Part shown: positions 26,496 through 39,700 of the stretch, one piece after another
Layout of the letters: the number at the start of each line of letters is the position of its first letter
Numbering within the stretch: position 1 is the first letter of the stretch
NCBI GenBank assembly: GCA_905178155.1
Contig: CAJINV010000006.1
Span: 4,641,795-4,705,794, forward strand
Reading direction: 5' to 3'
Length of the DNA: 64,000 bases
Source: Amoebophrya sp. A120
Lineage: Eukaryota > Protista > Dinoflagellata
Translations under genes and position numbers: made by a program
The notes under the pieces: model-generated
Seen by the model: the letters and a program-made list of their open reading frames with translations, nothing else
Database searches by the model: none
What the model was told of the DNA's origin: nothing

Positions 26496-27873
26496 ATGTC
26501 TTCTCTGACGTCCAGCACAGGCGCCGCTCCGATCGAGCTGGTGGACCGTGTTGATCGTTGTCGGGAGATTGTGGACAGTTTTTTTGCCAACCAAATCACG
26601 GAGATTGCCGTGGACATGGAGGGTGTAAACCACGGACGGAACGGCAGGCTGAGCGTGATTCAGGTTTTTGTGGATCAGAAAAACGGAGTGGAGAAAAAGG
26701 TCTACCTGTTCGACATCACCGTGATGCAAAGCGAGGCGTTCGAGCACGGGAAATTGAAACAGCTTTTCGAATCGAAGCAGATCCTCAAGGTCCTCTTCGA
26801 TATCCGCGTATCAAATGCAAATCTATCGATGATCTGGGAGGTTCTTCGGAAATAACTTGTGAGGCTCAACAACATGATTGGCGAATCAAAATCATGAGGC
26901 CGGTACACTAAATTGACGGGCCAAGAAGAACATGGCAAGTTTCTGAGCTATGCTAGTACGACGTGTTAGCTATTCATCATCTCAATGACAGCAACAGCTG
27001 CCCATTGCCCTTCTGCATGACAGAATGAGCAATGTCATGCGTGGCAGACAGGAGAATCATGCACATGCCAGCCCCGGAGCACAACAAGCCTTGCATTCTT
27101 CCAGAGGTCCCAGCCATGTTTGCAATGCATACCGCGGTGACGCCGACGCGCTGTGGCACTTGTTCAAAGTGAAGTACGACCACGCCTATGACATCCAGGT
27201 TCTGTACCTATGAAAGTCGTGCACAACTACAACTTCCCCACCCCCCTTGTTTTAGAAGAGCATGATGTCTGTTGATGAGCAGCAGCAATACTAGTTGCAA
27301 CCACTAGCAGAATCAGAATGAAATGTGACTTCCGCATGATTTTGCACGGATTGTAGTGCTGTTCGCGGTATTGTTCCAAAATTTGCCATGCAGACGACAG
27401 TGCTTCCAGATCCAGTAAAGATATGGATGTTTTAGGATTTTGCATTCTACAGAAGACGAAAGAGAGCAGGGGGACTTCTACGAGGGAGTGGTTCTTGTAC
27501 ACTGTCATAGCACACCTTCAAGTTTCAGGAAACCTCCGACGGCTATCTCAAGGGGTTCGCGAAGGTGCAGGATGCTTTTTCCGGACTGAGCTACGCCGAC
27601 AAGCTGCGGCTGAAGAAGGTGAAAGACGAAGGGGTGGCGTTGTTCGGCGACGGCAAAAGCGAGATCTGGGAAAAACGGCCCCTGCCCGCAGCGTTGGTGA
27701 ACTACTGCGCAGCAGATGTCGAGTACCTGTTGCGCATGAAGCAGGCCTGGGATCCGACCTGCGCCGAGAAATACACGGCGACAGTGAAGTCGGTGACGCA
27801 GTCTCGTCGGGAAAATTTTGTGGGCGCGCGGATTCCAGTGGAAGGGCGGAACAAGGCCAAGCGGGATGTTTAG
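26496..27873 (+). CDS. DEDDy 3'-5' exonuclease, EXD1/Egalitarian-like
   Basis: ExoI IAVDMEGVNHGRNGRLSVIQV, ExoII KVLFDIR^GDADALWH..AYDIQV, ExoIII WEKRPLPAALVNYCAADV; two elements removed. Confidence 0.85.
26809..27131. mobile_element. Introner, family A (degenerate, expanded)
   Basis: DR CCGCG; restores FDIRGDADAL. Confidence 0.88.
27209..27509. mobile_element. Introner, family C (degenerate, expanded)
   Basis: DR GTACC/GCACA. Confidence 0.8.
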
Positions 27874-29047
27874 TTTCACGGGTTTGGGGTGCAGCCTCGG
27901 GCCCGGCGGGGCATGTCGGATGACTACGATTACTTGGATGTGGAGCCGCGGTACGATGATGGACGCGATTACTTCGATGCAGATTACGACGATTACTTGG
28001 ATCGGCTCTTTGACTCATTATGATTTTGAGTTGTAGATTCTAAAAGAAATCATGAAACTTTACAACTCAAGGAAGATTTTCGTCTGCGTTTCGTTCTTCG
28101 CTTGTTCTTCCACGAAGAGCCTCACTCTCACTCCCAAGACGCATGCGATGATCCAGCAGACCTCATTCACGTATACCATAAACTGTACGGACTTTTTTGC
28201 GTTATATATACACGCCAATTTTTATTGATATACAACTAGACATGCAAAGACGTCCTTGTCGATACCACTCTAGATGAACCAAACCCCATTCGCGCTAGGC
28301 TCCCGAAAGAATGAAGAACGCGCTAGAAAAAACAAAAGCTTGTATATTTTCCCCATCCATCATCAGAAACCTGTTCTCGCGTAGTTGCCATTGATGATAC
28401 ATCACTGCCCATCAAACTACATTTTCAAGTGTATGATTTTCTGTAGCGCAATATTAAAAAGACATGTGGATGAAAGCGAGGAAGGAAGAACCTGATCTCG
28501 ACTCTGATGAATCGCCGAAGAAGACCGAGAAAAAAAGTTGTATTTTGCGTCTTTCTAAAATTCCATTTCTAGCTAGTGTACGCACACCCACACTGTGGCA
28601 TCGTACCGTCGCGATTTCTCATCGTCCTGCAAGCATTAGATCGTTCCGCTCAATACCATCGTCCTCCTCCTTGTGGCTGAATCGATGTTTTTCGTGTAGT
28701 ATACAAGGAACTTCAACTTTCTTTCACCCTCGTCCACCAGTGCAATTGCATGTATTGTTACTCTTTTTTTCAGTCATCTGGGAGTACGTAGAACGGTCGT
28801 GTTTACTGATTTTTCGCTACTTTGTTCGTCCTCTCATCTTGTTGTGTTTTTGGAGAAATCACTTTGCGTTTCCCTTAAGACGACAAACGTACACAAAGGA
28901 TTTGCAATTGTCGCTACCCAAATCATTTTCACAGGCACATTTCGTGATCCAAAGAAATACTCACACTCAAGCCAAGAGCCCCCAGAACTAGAAGTTTTAG
29001 GTTTTCTCCTTTGTCAGCTTGAGAATACGATCTCGAGCGAGAGCCAG

Positions 29048-30571
29048 ATGAAGGGCGGTTCCTTTGAACCTCCTCGGAAGCAGCTACGAAACACTAGTTC
29101 CCGCTGGAGCCGCCAGGCCAAAGACGTTCTGCTCTTCTTGGCCGCCACCGGAGGACAGACGAAGTGTGGCAGCGGCCTTTTCTGTAGTTGCGCAGCCCTC
29201 GACCGACGTGCTGCAGGGGCGGGTCCTGAACTACATTTGCAAAGCGACAGGTGGAAGACAACACAACTCTTGCGGGGTGAGAATTATATCGATACGGATG
29301 AACCACAAAAAATTGAACTCACCGCGGTTCTTCATCTTCACGATGACCAAGATGCAGCTAGCGCAGCACCTACGCCGGAGGAACAACGAGAAGTTCTTTT
29401 TGCCCCTTCTGTGGTTTCAGCGACGGAGAACTCCATTGTGACGTCCATCGCCGACCTGCACGGCGATTACGAGAACACAGTCCGTGCGTTGAAGCTCGCA
29501 AACCTTGTGGACGACAACCTGGATTGGGCGGCGGGGAACCAAACCTTTGTGCAAACCGGGGACATTGTCGATCGGGGAAACCACGCACGGGAGATCTACG
29601 ACCTGCTATTCAAACTGCAGGACCAAGCGGCCCTGGCCGGCGGGAAGGTGATTTTACTGATCGGGAACCATGAGCAGATGCGCCTGGAGGGCGATGACCG
29701 TTACGTTGGGCCGGAAGAGACTTCCTGGGTTGAGGACTTGGAATTTCATGATCTACTTCCGGAAAAAATGGAAGATGGAAATCTTTACGATGGTGACGTG
29801 CATAACTCCCACTCAGAGTTCGTATCCCTCCGCACGACCACTACACCCAGTACCCCGACCGAAATCGCTTCGGAGGCGTGGGGCTCCGGCACGGCTAGAA
29901 ACGGCAAAAAGTACAATACTCCAGGCTGGATCCACACGGAAATCAACAAACGCTTCCAGACCATGGCGGTGGTGGGAAACAGCCTCTACCTGCACGCGAG
30001 CATGCACCCTTCTCAATTAGAAGGCCTTAAAGGATTCGCAGCGGGGTTTTTGGCCTCGACCGAAGAGGGCGAAGTTCGATTTGGAAATTATAGCGGGGTT
30101 TTTACGCCGCACCAGAAACGAGCCCTGCTGTTAGAATTGTTATTTGACTGGCACCGTGCCAATGTGTTCGACGCCATTCAAAGCCCAGAACAACAATCCC
30201 CTTCTGGGCGGTTATCGGAATCCGAATGGACAGCGCAGTACGATTTTTTTTGCGGAGACGATTCTGTTTTCTGGGACCGGGACTACGACGCCGAATGCGG
30301 TGCGATAGAGGACATTTTGTCGTTTTTCCACGTAAAACGCATCATCTCCGGGCACACGGCGCAGGAAGACGGACGGATCACTACGACTTGCAAGGGCAGA
30401 AAAATTCTCGCCGACACGGCTATTTCCGAGGCGTATCGCGAGGACTACCCGGAGGGGAGAGTGTCGGCTTTGCAGGTAGTGGTTGACGCTAAAACGGGGC
30501 TGGAGCAAGTGAAGGCGTTATACCTGGATGAAAAAGAACAAGGCGTGAAGGTGGAAGTTTTGCCGACGTGA
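29048..30571 (+). CDS. Shewanella-like / calcineurin-like metallophosphoesterase, paralog 2 (intronless)
   Basis: Single ORF (open from 28799, first ATG 29048) with IADLHGD, QTGDIVDRGNH, IGNHE, LHAS, ISGHT, LADTAIS. Confidence 0.9.
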   Translation: MKGGSFEPPRKQLRNTSSRWSRQAKDVLLFLAATGGQTKCGSGLFCSCAALDRRAAGAGPELHLQSDRWKTTQLLRGENYIDTDEPQKIELTAVLHLHDDQDAASAAPTPEEQREVLFAPSVVSATENSIVTSIADLHGDYENTVRALKLANLVDDNLDWAAGNQTFVQTGDIVDRGNHAREIYDLLFKLQDQAALAGGKVILLIGNHEQMRLEGDDRYVGPEETSWVEDLEFHDLLPEKMEDGNLYDGDVHNSHSEFVSLRTTTTPSTPTEIASEAWGSGTARNGKKYNTPGWIHTEINKRFQTMAVVGNSLYLHASMHPSQLEGLKGFAAGFLASTEEGEVRFGNYSGVFTPHQKRALLLELLFDWHRANVFDAIQSPEQQSPSGRLSESEWTAQYDFFCGDDSVFWDRDYDAECGAIEDILSFFHVKRIISGHTAQEDGRITTTCKGRKILADTAISEAYREDYPEGRVSALQVVVDAKTGLEQVKALYLDEKEQGVKVEVLPT

Positions 30572-31060
30572 AATGATGTGAGAGCAAGTAGATTTTTGCG
30601 TTCGCGCTCAGAATCAGATTCAAGAATGCAAAGCCATTTCTGATGCTTTTGAGTTTTGTTTCCGTTTCTCTACAACATGACATGATGTTTGAGTTGGAAT
30701 TAGGAATACCAAGAATATCATGTCTCCTCTCATGATAATTATCCTGCGGCGCTTTCGCTCCGTAGCAGTGGCAGCCACCGCTCTTAGATTCAGAAAGAGT
30801 GTTCGTCCGTGATCGTGTTTACTCAAAAAATGATCAACTACACGAAAGTATGAAAACGACACTTGCAGTTCTTCAAGAAACGATCCATCACGTCCTTGCA
30901 TGCATGCCATGTACTCTCGTTGAAAAAGTAGATGAAGGAAGATCGAACGGGCGTCGCGAAAGCGAATCGCGCAGCGTTTTTTTTTTTGCTTGACAAGCTC
31001 ACTTAGCAGATCTACAGTGATTTGCCTGTACAAGCATGATCGCTTGAATTACTCCAGTAA

Positions 31061-33110
31061 CGGGCCCCCAAAACAGGAGCAGAAGAAACTTGAAAAAAAC
31101 CTTAAAAAAACTTGAGCATTTTTGATTTATAGCAATTCAAAAAGCAAAAACCAAGAGGGGCAGCCGGAGGAGAAAAAAAACGCACGGAACGGACGCGATT
31201 TCCGGTTTCTGGAAATCGCAATCGCGCCGGCGATTTTGAAAAACTAAGCGAGGTGAACGGCTGGCGCAGATTCAAAATCAAAGGACTCGAACGGGAGGAA
31301 TTTTTTTCATTTTATGGCGCGCCAAAATCCAAATCTGTGCTGCAGGAATAGCCATCCATAATTTTCGCGCGAAGGCGCGCCACTTTCAAAAGTTTACGAG
31401 TGCGACTCGGGGCAGATATTTTCCGCAGACATGGGGCAGCATTTCGCACGAACTTGACGGCCGCGGGGCGCGGTTCTTCTTCATTTAGGTGGGGGTCGCC
31501 TCGATGCATTCACTGCGCCGCGTGCGGGGGTGTTCAAAGTCCCTGCCTCGCCCGGGCGCCGGCTGCCGGGGTGCCCGAGCTTGGCGGGCGGTGGGGTTCT
31601 GGCTCTTGCGAGGCCTTTTTGTAGTGCCGAAGCGGCCCCACTTGGTCGGAAGGCTTGCCGGCACAAAGGGCGGGCGCAGCGGGCCGTCCCTCCCGGGCCC
31701 CCCCCGGAGGCCCTTTCATAATACACAAAGCCACGCGGGCAGCGGGACTCTGCGCAAGCAGCTTCTGGCCCCCTAGGCTTGTACGCATAGGGGCGCCCAC
31801 GCGCGTGGGCAGGCGGCCTCTTTGTTCCCCGCGCCGTGTTTGCGCGGGTGCGATCCGGCCCGGAAAATGAAGAAAATCAAAAGCGCCACACCATCGGCCG
31901 GAGGGTGTGATACTTTTTGCCGCGGTGCTGTCATGCATGCAAAAAAACACGCAGAACCCGCGTCGACCATGCCATTGGCTCTGGGGTGTGATACTTTTTG
32001 GCAGGATGAGTTCACGGAGGCCGAAAATGATGAAAGCGACGCCGGCCATACCGTGGGCTCTAGGTTGTGATACTTTTTGCCAGGCTGCTACGGCGTTCAA
32101 ACTTGCAACCCGGCGAAAGTGTTGGCGAAAATGCGTCACCTCCGCCGAAGCATCTCGGCAGCAGGCGAAAAAAACTTGGATCTGCCGACGTTTTTTGGCC
32201 AAAATCTGAAGGGCTCCGCCCACCATACCACCGGGGCTAGCTTGCGATGGCTTCCAAGCACGCGACCCGGCTTGCAAGTTTATTCCAAGTTTATTTCAAG
32301 TTTTTGCTGCGATTCCGGCCGCCCGCGGGCGTGCCCAATTTTGGGCTACTTCCTGAGGCCTGTCCACGGGCTGACGGAGCCGATTTGCGAGTCGCAAAAG
32401 CGGCGGCGCCTTCCGAAGGCGCCGGCCGAACTTGGGAAGGGGGGTAAATTCCTGACTTTTGCTGGTTTTCTTCGCCCATGGTGCCGCCGTGGTAAAAAGT
32501 ATCACACCCTAGCGCCGCTTGCATGGCGAACGCAGGTTGCCGCGATGGCGAAAGTGAAAACCTTCGCCCGCGTGCCCGCCCTGCGAAAAAGTATCACGCC
32601 CCAGCGCCCATGGTATGGTCGGTCGGGCTTTCCGCCATGCCCCCCGGCTGCTTGCTAAGCACGCCGCGCCCGCTGGCGCCGCCAGCCTGGGCGCGGCCGG
32701 CCCCCTCGCTCGCCGGCCCCGGCGGCCCACGGCGTCCCTTCGTGATTTCTACCGGCGCGCCGCGGCCGCCCCCGGCCCATCGATCGGCAGGCTGCGCCGG
32801 CCATCCGCCAGGGGCGGGCACCGACGAGCCCGGCGCACGCGGGTGCGCCGGGCTATTCCCAACAAAGAAAGGGACGAACCAGCGCGCCACCCCTAGCGCC
32901 CACCGTCGTCCGCCCGGGCGGGCGCGCCCCCTCCGTGTGGCCTGCCGGCCTTTTTGGGGCATCAGGCTCGGCGTTCTTTTCGGCATTGGCGGCGCGGAGC
33001 CAGCTTCTCGCCAGTGATCGGGCGGATTGATTAGTGGCGGGCGCGTTCTGCTTTTTCTAGGTATAACGAAAAAGCAGCGAAGGCGGCACCCAAAGCAATC
33101 CGCGCCCGGT
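31061..33110. other. Non-coding CpG/GC-rich island with A/T tracts
   Basis: Abrupt compositional change; only shadow ORFs; no introners. Confidence 0.75.
31890..32618. repeat. Five copies of a roughly 33-bp motif ending GGGTGTGATACTTTTT (3 direct, 2 inverted)
   Basis: Cores at 31903-31918, 31984-31999, 32063-32078 (+) and 32494-32509, 32586-32601 (-). Confidence 0.85.
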
Positions 33111-33714
33111 CTAAATCTCGACAATAGGCAGTTTTGGCTGGAGCGGCCAATTGTCCGGATTCAGATCGTGTTTGGATTTCAAAGCAAAGCGGCTGTGGTT
33201 CCTGGCATTAAACGTGAAAAACAGTACGAAGAGGCACAGAAAGCGTCGCGCCGTGCCATAGCTTGTCCTGCTGTTGTTGGTTTCAAAGTTGGGCGCGTCA
33301 CAGGTGCGCTCACAGAACAGCTCACTTTGAAGCCGTCGCGACCCTCTCGAATATGGGTCGCGCAAGTCTTTGGCAACTTGGTTGCAAGTTTCGATCTCCA
33401 TAAAATTGGGGGTCCGTTCCACCAGTAATTGAAATAGTGATGCTGCCACTTTGGAAGAACTTGAACTCCCGCTTAGTTGATCTCCTGTTGATTTAAAAAT
33501 TTTCACCATTCGCTTAGACGCCGTTTGAATTTTTACCAAAATCGTCAACTCGTCTCCAAGCAGCTTCTAGTACTACAACAGGCATAGCAGCAACCACAGA
33601 TGACATTTTGATCGAATGCGAAGTCATACAATTACAATTTTGAATTGCATAGATCCACCTCCAGCTCCAGCTCTCTACGACCTCTAGCCGGCAAAGCGGC
33701 CACCAAAGAAGAAG

Positions 33715-36700
33715 ATGATGCAGCATCACCGACTTTTCCGAGCTTTCCTCCTTCTCCTCTTCGAAAAGAAAAGTTTGACAACCTCAACAGCGAAGGTCAC
33801 TTTGCAAGGCGGTGATCCTGCTGCTGCTTCAGTATCATCGGCGCCGCGGGAAAATAAATCTCCACTGCAGGAGCTTGGGTCCCCCTCCTCCTCGTCGGCC
33901 CAGCCGAAATACGAAATCTACGTCACAAACGCTCTGAATGGCGAATTGGTTTTGCGGCTAGATGAGGAATTCCTGCCAGATGAGGACGTTTTGCCAGCAG
34001 CACATCTGACGAAAACAGCTGCTAGAGCAGCAGCTGACACCACCACTGGAACCACTACCACAAGCACCATTGCAGCTCCAACTTCATCCTCCTCAGTACA
34101 ACTACGGGGTACAACAGCAGCTACAGATGCTACTGCTGTTTCGTCATCGTCTTCGTCCACCTCGGCACGGAGACGCCGGACGCCAGATCATGACGTGGTC
34201 CCCGGTGCAGACCACACCAGCGGAAAAAGTGCACCAGCTGGTGGACCGAAACTACAGCCTCTTCGCCACGTCACTTGGCCGATTCTCGTGCAGAAATTGC
34301 TGCAACATTTTGCGAACAAAAACCCTGAGGCGCCCTTGCTTTTTCCGGAGCAAGTGTCGCTGAAATTTCTCCATGTTGAGGAAGATAAAAGAGGGAGCGG
34401 TGGGGATGGAAACGATTCGAAACTGGTCCCACAGGACGAGGCACAAGACGAGCCTCCTGCTTGTCAAGAACTACAACAGGCAGATGTTGGCGCAGCAGCG
34501 GCCTTGCTCCTGCAAAACGACTGTCGCCGGGGACGCAGGTGGATGTTGAACAGTCGCAGAGCTCCCTCTACTTCCGGTGTTGCTGCTACTGCTGCTGGTG
34601 CTTCATCTACGGCAACTGATGATACTGCTGTAGTAGAGTGGTTCACTTACAAGTCGGAATACACCGTTCTGCGAACCTACTTTGAAAAAATCAATATGGA
34701 ACGGATCACGGCCAAGTGCGGGGCCATGGCGCTTCAGGATGACGTGGGGGATCTTTTTGCACAGGGTGGTCCGTGGGGAGTAGTTTGTGATGCTTGTTCA
34801 ACGGCGGGAGCAGCAACGTCTTCGACAGCAGGATTGACATCTTCGCGCCGCACGACTCCAAGGAGCTCCTCTTCTGGACAGCCACATCTTCGTGGGAGGA
34901 ATTGCGGGCCGCGCCTCTTCAGCCCTAGTGCAGTGGCTAACTCCAATGAAAATGCACCTACTCCGAGCACAACTACATCTGCAGCCTCTGCATCGTCCGC
35001 GACGGCTATGATTTCCAGTTCAACCACCTCTCGGAGGAGTCCAAAAGGCGCTTTCAATTTCATTGGAGCGACCTCCTCCTCATCAATCCCTACATCAAGC
35101 CGCAGTCCGAAAGGAGGAGGAGCATCAGTCGTCGGCACGGTGTCTGGTAGTCGCCGGGTCGCCAGAGCTGTGGCGGCGGCAGGAAATACAATCCGAGGTC
35201 GTGAGGTGCCTCGATCATTAGCACCAGTACCAGCAGGAGGTAGAGGTACTGCAAATACGGGAACAAGTATTACGCAAAACATACAACACTTGCCACAAGT
35301 CGTTCCCCATTTGACGGTCGAAGAGGATGTCGAGGACACGTTCGAGGCTGAAAGTACTGAAGCTGAAGCAAAACCACAACAACCCGTGAAGACCCGCATC
35401 CATTTAGAGATGCTATTGACGCAAACGTTGCCCCTCACCGTGTCCGCGCAAATGGTTCTCGCAGGGGCAACACAGAGTGCTGCGGGAGCGGCGGGGGGGA
35501 ATGCCGTTGGGGCAACGCAACATGGAGGTGGGAACGCGGCAAATGCTGTCGGGGTGAACGCGGCCAACGCAGCTGGTGGTCCCAGTACAGCTGCAACAGC
35601 TACTATTGTCTCAGCCACTACCGCGGCGGGCAGCAACACCCCGGTAGTTCCGGGGTTGGAAGAGCAGCGAAATTTCCTGGAGTTCCTGCGCACAAGTGCG
35701 TGCCGTCGGCCTGCGCAAGACGAAATCGCAGAGGAGAATCTTTTACCTAACGAGGAGAAAGAACATTCATCAGCGCACCCGAATTCAAAACTGCCTTCCA
35801 CAGGTGGACGTCGAACCGCGAGCGCAATTCCAATCCTAGGAGGTCGAGGTGCGACTTCTAATACAGGAGGATCTACTGCTAGTACAAGTCGCCCGGATTC
35901 TCAACATCCTCTCTCCGACCAGAAATTCCAACTTTCCATCGGCACCGGGCATCTCTTATGCAGGAAAAAACCCATCCTCATCCATTTTTTGCATGACAAA
36001 CACTGCAATTTATGCATGTTTTGCATGACAAATTGGAGGGGGATGGGTGTTTTTCCTGGATATCTCCGCGCGCTGGTGGTGAACACGTTAATCGGCACCT
36101 ACGGCAGAATAAGCTCTGCAAAAGTATCGTACTCGGAGTAATTGCTGCTATGCATGACAAATCTCCTTCGTAAGGTAAAACCGCATTACAAATTTCATTT
36201 TGTAATGCGAAGCGAATTTGTGATGCAATTAGAATTACTACTAGTACGATATATTTGCGATGCATACAGAAAATTCACAGACAAGCCCGCAGCTCTCTTT
36301 TCCGCTACCACCTCCTCGTCCTCCCACGCCGGAGCAGATCTTGCACACGCACTCCCTATCCCACCAGTTTTGGTTTCTCCCGAGATGCTGTATTACAAGG
36401 CCACGGAGACGTTCTGCTCGAAGATCTACAATTTGGAGCCGAGAGTGTCCCACGAAATTTTAAAAAAGCACTTCCACGATAAATTTTATCTGCGGCCTTC
36501 CTTCCTCGCGATCGCGGGACTGGATCGCGTTCTGATTCAGAAATATGTCGCCGATATTTTCTTCCACATCGAGCAAAGCCAATTAGCGGTGAACTCCGTG
36601 GGGAAAGACACGGTGCCGCTGTGGCGCAAATTCTTCCAGTTGCTCGAGTTTGCGGTGAAAGTGTCGGAAAATGGATCGCACTTGGACCAAGGGATCAAAC

Positions 36701-39700
36701 AAATCGCCGAATTTGACACAAAATTCACCTGCTACGGTTTGACAAATCGCTTCGCGGGTGCGTACGCGCCGAATATTGTGAGGAAAAATCCCCCCTCCCC
36801 ATATCGAAAGCGGAATGTGTGTTGCTGTATTTGAGTACGCAAATCATATCTGTCTTGCTGGAGAGGACTGCAGACCCATATCAAGCCTGAGCAGAGAGGC
36901 TTTGACTTAGGCGCATAGCATGAAAAGCGTCCGTGGTGTTGGCTCAACAGCATGAGAAACCGCCTCCATAATGGGACGGAAGCTGCTGTCCTTGTCTTCT
37001 TGCAACACAGACGTGATTTGTGACCTCAAATCAGCAGCACAAATTTTCGAAAACCTACCTCTTCAATATGGGGAGGGGGGATTTTTCCTTTTGATACCGA
37101 AGCCGTTCTTGGAAGCACTAGCGGTGGAGATGGTCGTGCGGGGAAAGGATCTATGGGTTGCAAAAGTGTCTGGGCCTGGAAGAGTGTAAACTTGTCATGC
37201 AGCTTTTCCATGGGCCATGAAGTCTGGAATACGGGACCTCGCATGACAGACACTGCGAGGTCTCTGTCATGCCCATCCTGCGTGAGAAACCCCCTCCCCA
37301 CTTGGTTGACAGTGGGCAGCTTTTGGCACTCATGCAACACAGATTTTTGCACGATTCGGGTTTAGCATGATAAGTTCCAACCTTCCAGACCCAGACATAT
37401 TTGCAACGCATAGGATCATGCTGGTGTTGATCATCGAAGCAGCACAAAAAAAGCCACCGGGGGAGACCACCAGCACTCTGCAGATGCTGGCACAGTCGAT
37501 GCAGGAGCTCAGCGGACCTCCACCAGAGTGGTGTCTAGCAAGTACCAAGAAGCTGAATACTTGCTGAAGACGCTCTATTTCGAGAAATGTAATCAGTTAC
37601 GACTGGCGAATTATCATGCGCTTGGCGGTGGCCGCGGCTTAACAGGGATGACACTGGCAGGAGCTGCACGACGGAGTCCTGCAGGAGCAGGCGGTGTGAA
37701 TGCTAGAAACAGTATAAACCGCACAGGAGCTTCCTCCTCCGGTCTGCTGTGGCGAAACAGCTTCTCCCTGTCTCCTACACCGACATCAAATAGGGTGTCG
37801 GTGAGCACCAGCATATCAAGAGCAACTGCATTGCCGTCTTCTCCTAACAACGCTGCGTCATCGACATCGACATCAACTTCGCCTAAAATGTTGACCACCG
37901 CCACGTCCACCTCGCCGAAGTCCTCCACCATCTTTCGTCGCTCCCCTCGCACCACCCGGTCATGCCTGCTGCGACGGGCTTTTTCCCAAGACAACTTTTT
38001 CGCTGATGATTTGGTGTGCTGTGGGGGAGAAGTTGTAGAGAGACAGGACCTCCGCGGGATAGCAGCATCCTCTGGAGGAGCACGCGCCTGCGATGGCCGT
38101 CGTGTAGAGAAGTATGCAACGGAAGTGCAGCTCGGAGGTGTGGCACAAGCTACAGGTGGCAGTGGCGCTTCCTCGTCTTCCTCCGCAGCGGCCGTAGGTG
38201 GAGAGACGTTAACACCAAGGATGATTTCCGACCTCTTTTCGCCCCCAGCACGTTCAAAGACGTCATCTTCCTCGTCCGCTGCAGGAGCTTGTCAGCAGCA
38301 AAGATCGCAGCCGCCGTCTAGTAACCGAGCGAACTCGAAAACGGGTAGGATTTTTCCTTCTTCGCCTAGCATGATCGGAGGCGGCCACCAAGGGCAGACG
38401 CAAAGCCAACCTCTCTATCCTCTGCAACTCACCCTGCAGGCGAAAATGCGGGATCTGTTTCGTGAATTGCATCAGCGGAGCTACATTCGGGCCACTGGTG
38501 AAGACGAGCTTGGGGAAAGTATTAGCGACGATCTTGCAACGCCTAGTGGTTACTTCCGATATCCGGGCGGGGTTCTGATTTCGAAAGCTCTAGTGGAACA
38601 GCAGCTGCGGATAGATGCGAAAAAAATGAAATTATTGTGGCTGCTGTGGCGGGAGGCTGGGCTGGGAACGCTAACGCTTTCTACTACTTCCAGTTGTGTG
38701 TCGTCCGCTCAAACAGCTAGGAAGAAAGCGGGGAGAACTTCTACTGCTTCATCTGCAACAAGAGGTGGTACTTCAAAAACTGCAAACCGCGAAGAAGACC
38801 ACGGAGCGCTTTTTCCAAACATGAGGAAACAGAGCGATCTCATCACAGCGAAGGACATGCTGCAGCTCTACATGCGCTCTTACTTCGGATTGAGGGTTGG
38901 TTCCATAGCGTCGACTGCATCTAGCGATAATTTTGAGCCGGAACAACATGAAGTGGTGGAAGAACGACCCGGTTCATCTTCTGCAGGAGACCACGACCAT
39001 CTCCGCACGAACTACCGCGGCGACCATCTTCTGGGCTCGGATGATTCGGCGGATGATGAAATCGCGGAAAAAATCAAGGTCTTACTGCAGGAGGTAATGG
39101 CTGAGGCTGCAGAAGAGGAGGAGGAACATGAACAAGCCGAAAGCGAAACTTGTGATGCAGCAGTACAACACGATCTGAAGGTGACAACTCAAACAGCCGA
39201 TACTACGATTCAGTTTCTCGAACACCTCCGCGAGGACTTCAGAGCGCAAAGAATATCCCCAGGAAAAATCAAACCCATGCCCAGAAGCACGCAATTTGTC
39301 ATGCAAAACATGAAGGATTGCCTGTGTTTGTCATGCAAAAATGGGTTGGGGCCACGGAAGATTTTTTCTCTGTGGATAAGGGATGCAGCTTCTCTACGGC
39401 ACGAAAAAGGACGAGATTGCGCAGGTGGTGGAGAATTTGATTTCGGACGCGATGGCACAAGTTCTGAGCAGTCGAAAGAGCGCTGACGTTCTTGCGGCGA
39501 AAAGCAACGACCACGTAGAGCAGGATAGCAGAGCTGGGCTGCAGGTGGAGCAGCCCGACGACTGTAGTGAGGAGCTTGCTCTACAGGGGAAACGAAAGAG
39601 CAGTGTTCTTCGTAGTTCCAAAAGCGAAATAAACAAGCGGCCTGATGAAATCGGCGTATCCACCAGTGATGCAGAAGACCACGAAGTGGATGACGATATC

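Noticed and set aside
26496-27873. Functional link between the EXD1-like exonuclease and element removal
   Set aside because: The elements are spread across the window, and proximity in a eukaryotic genome is not evidence of shared function.
31890-32618. CRISPR-like array
   Set aside because: Repeats are degenerate, partly inverted and few; eukaryotic context with no cas genes.
31312-33124. Many overlapping Arg/Pro/Ala-rich ORFs on both strands (also 45785-47870)
   Set aside because: Expected shadow ORFs of GC-rich DNA; no domain or consistent frame.
34734-35801. Long minus-strand ORFs (also 20969-21694, 43667-44260, 50677-51210)
   Set aside because: Antisense shadows of + strand exons.
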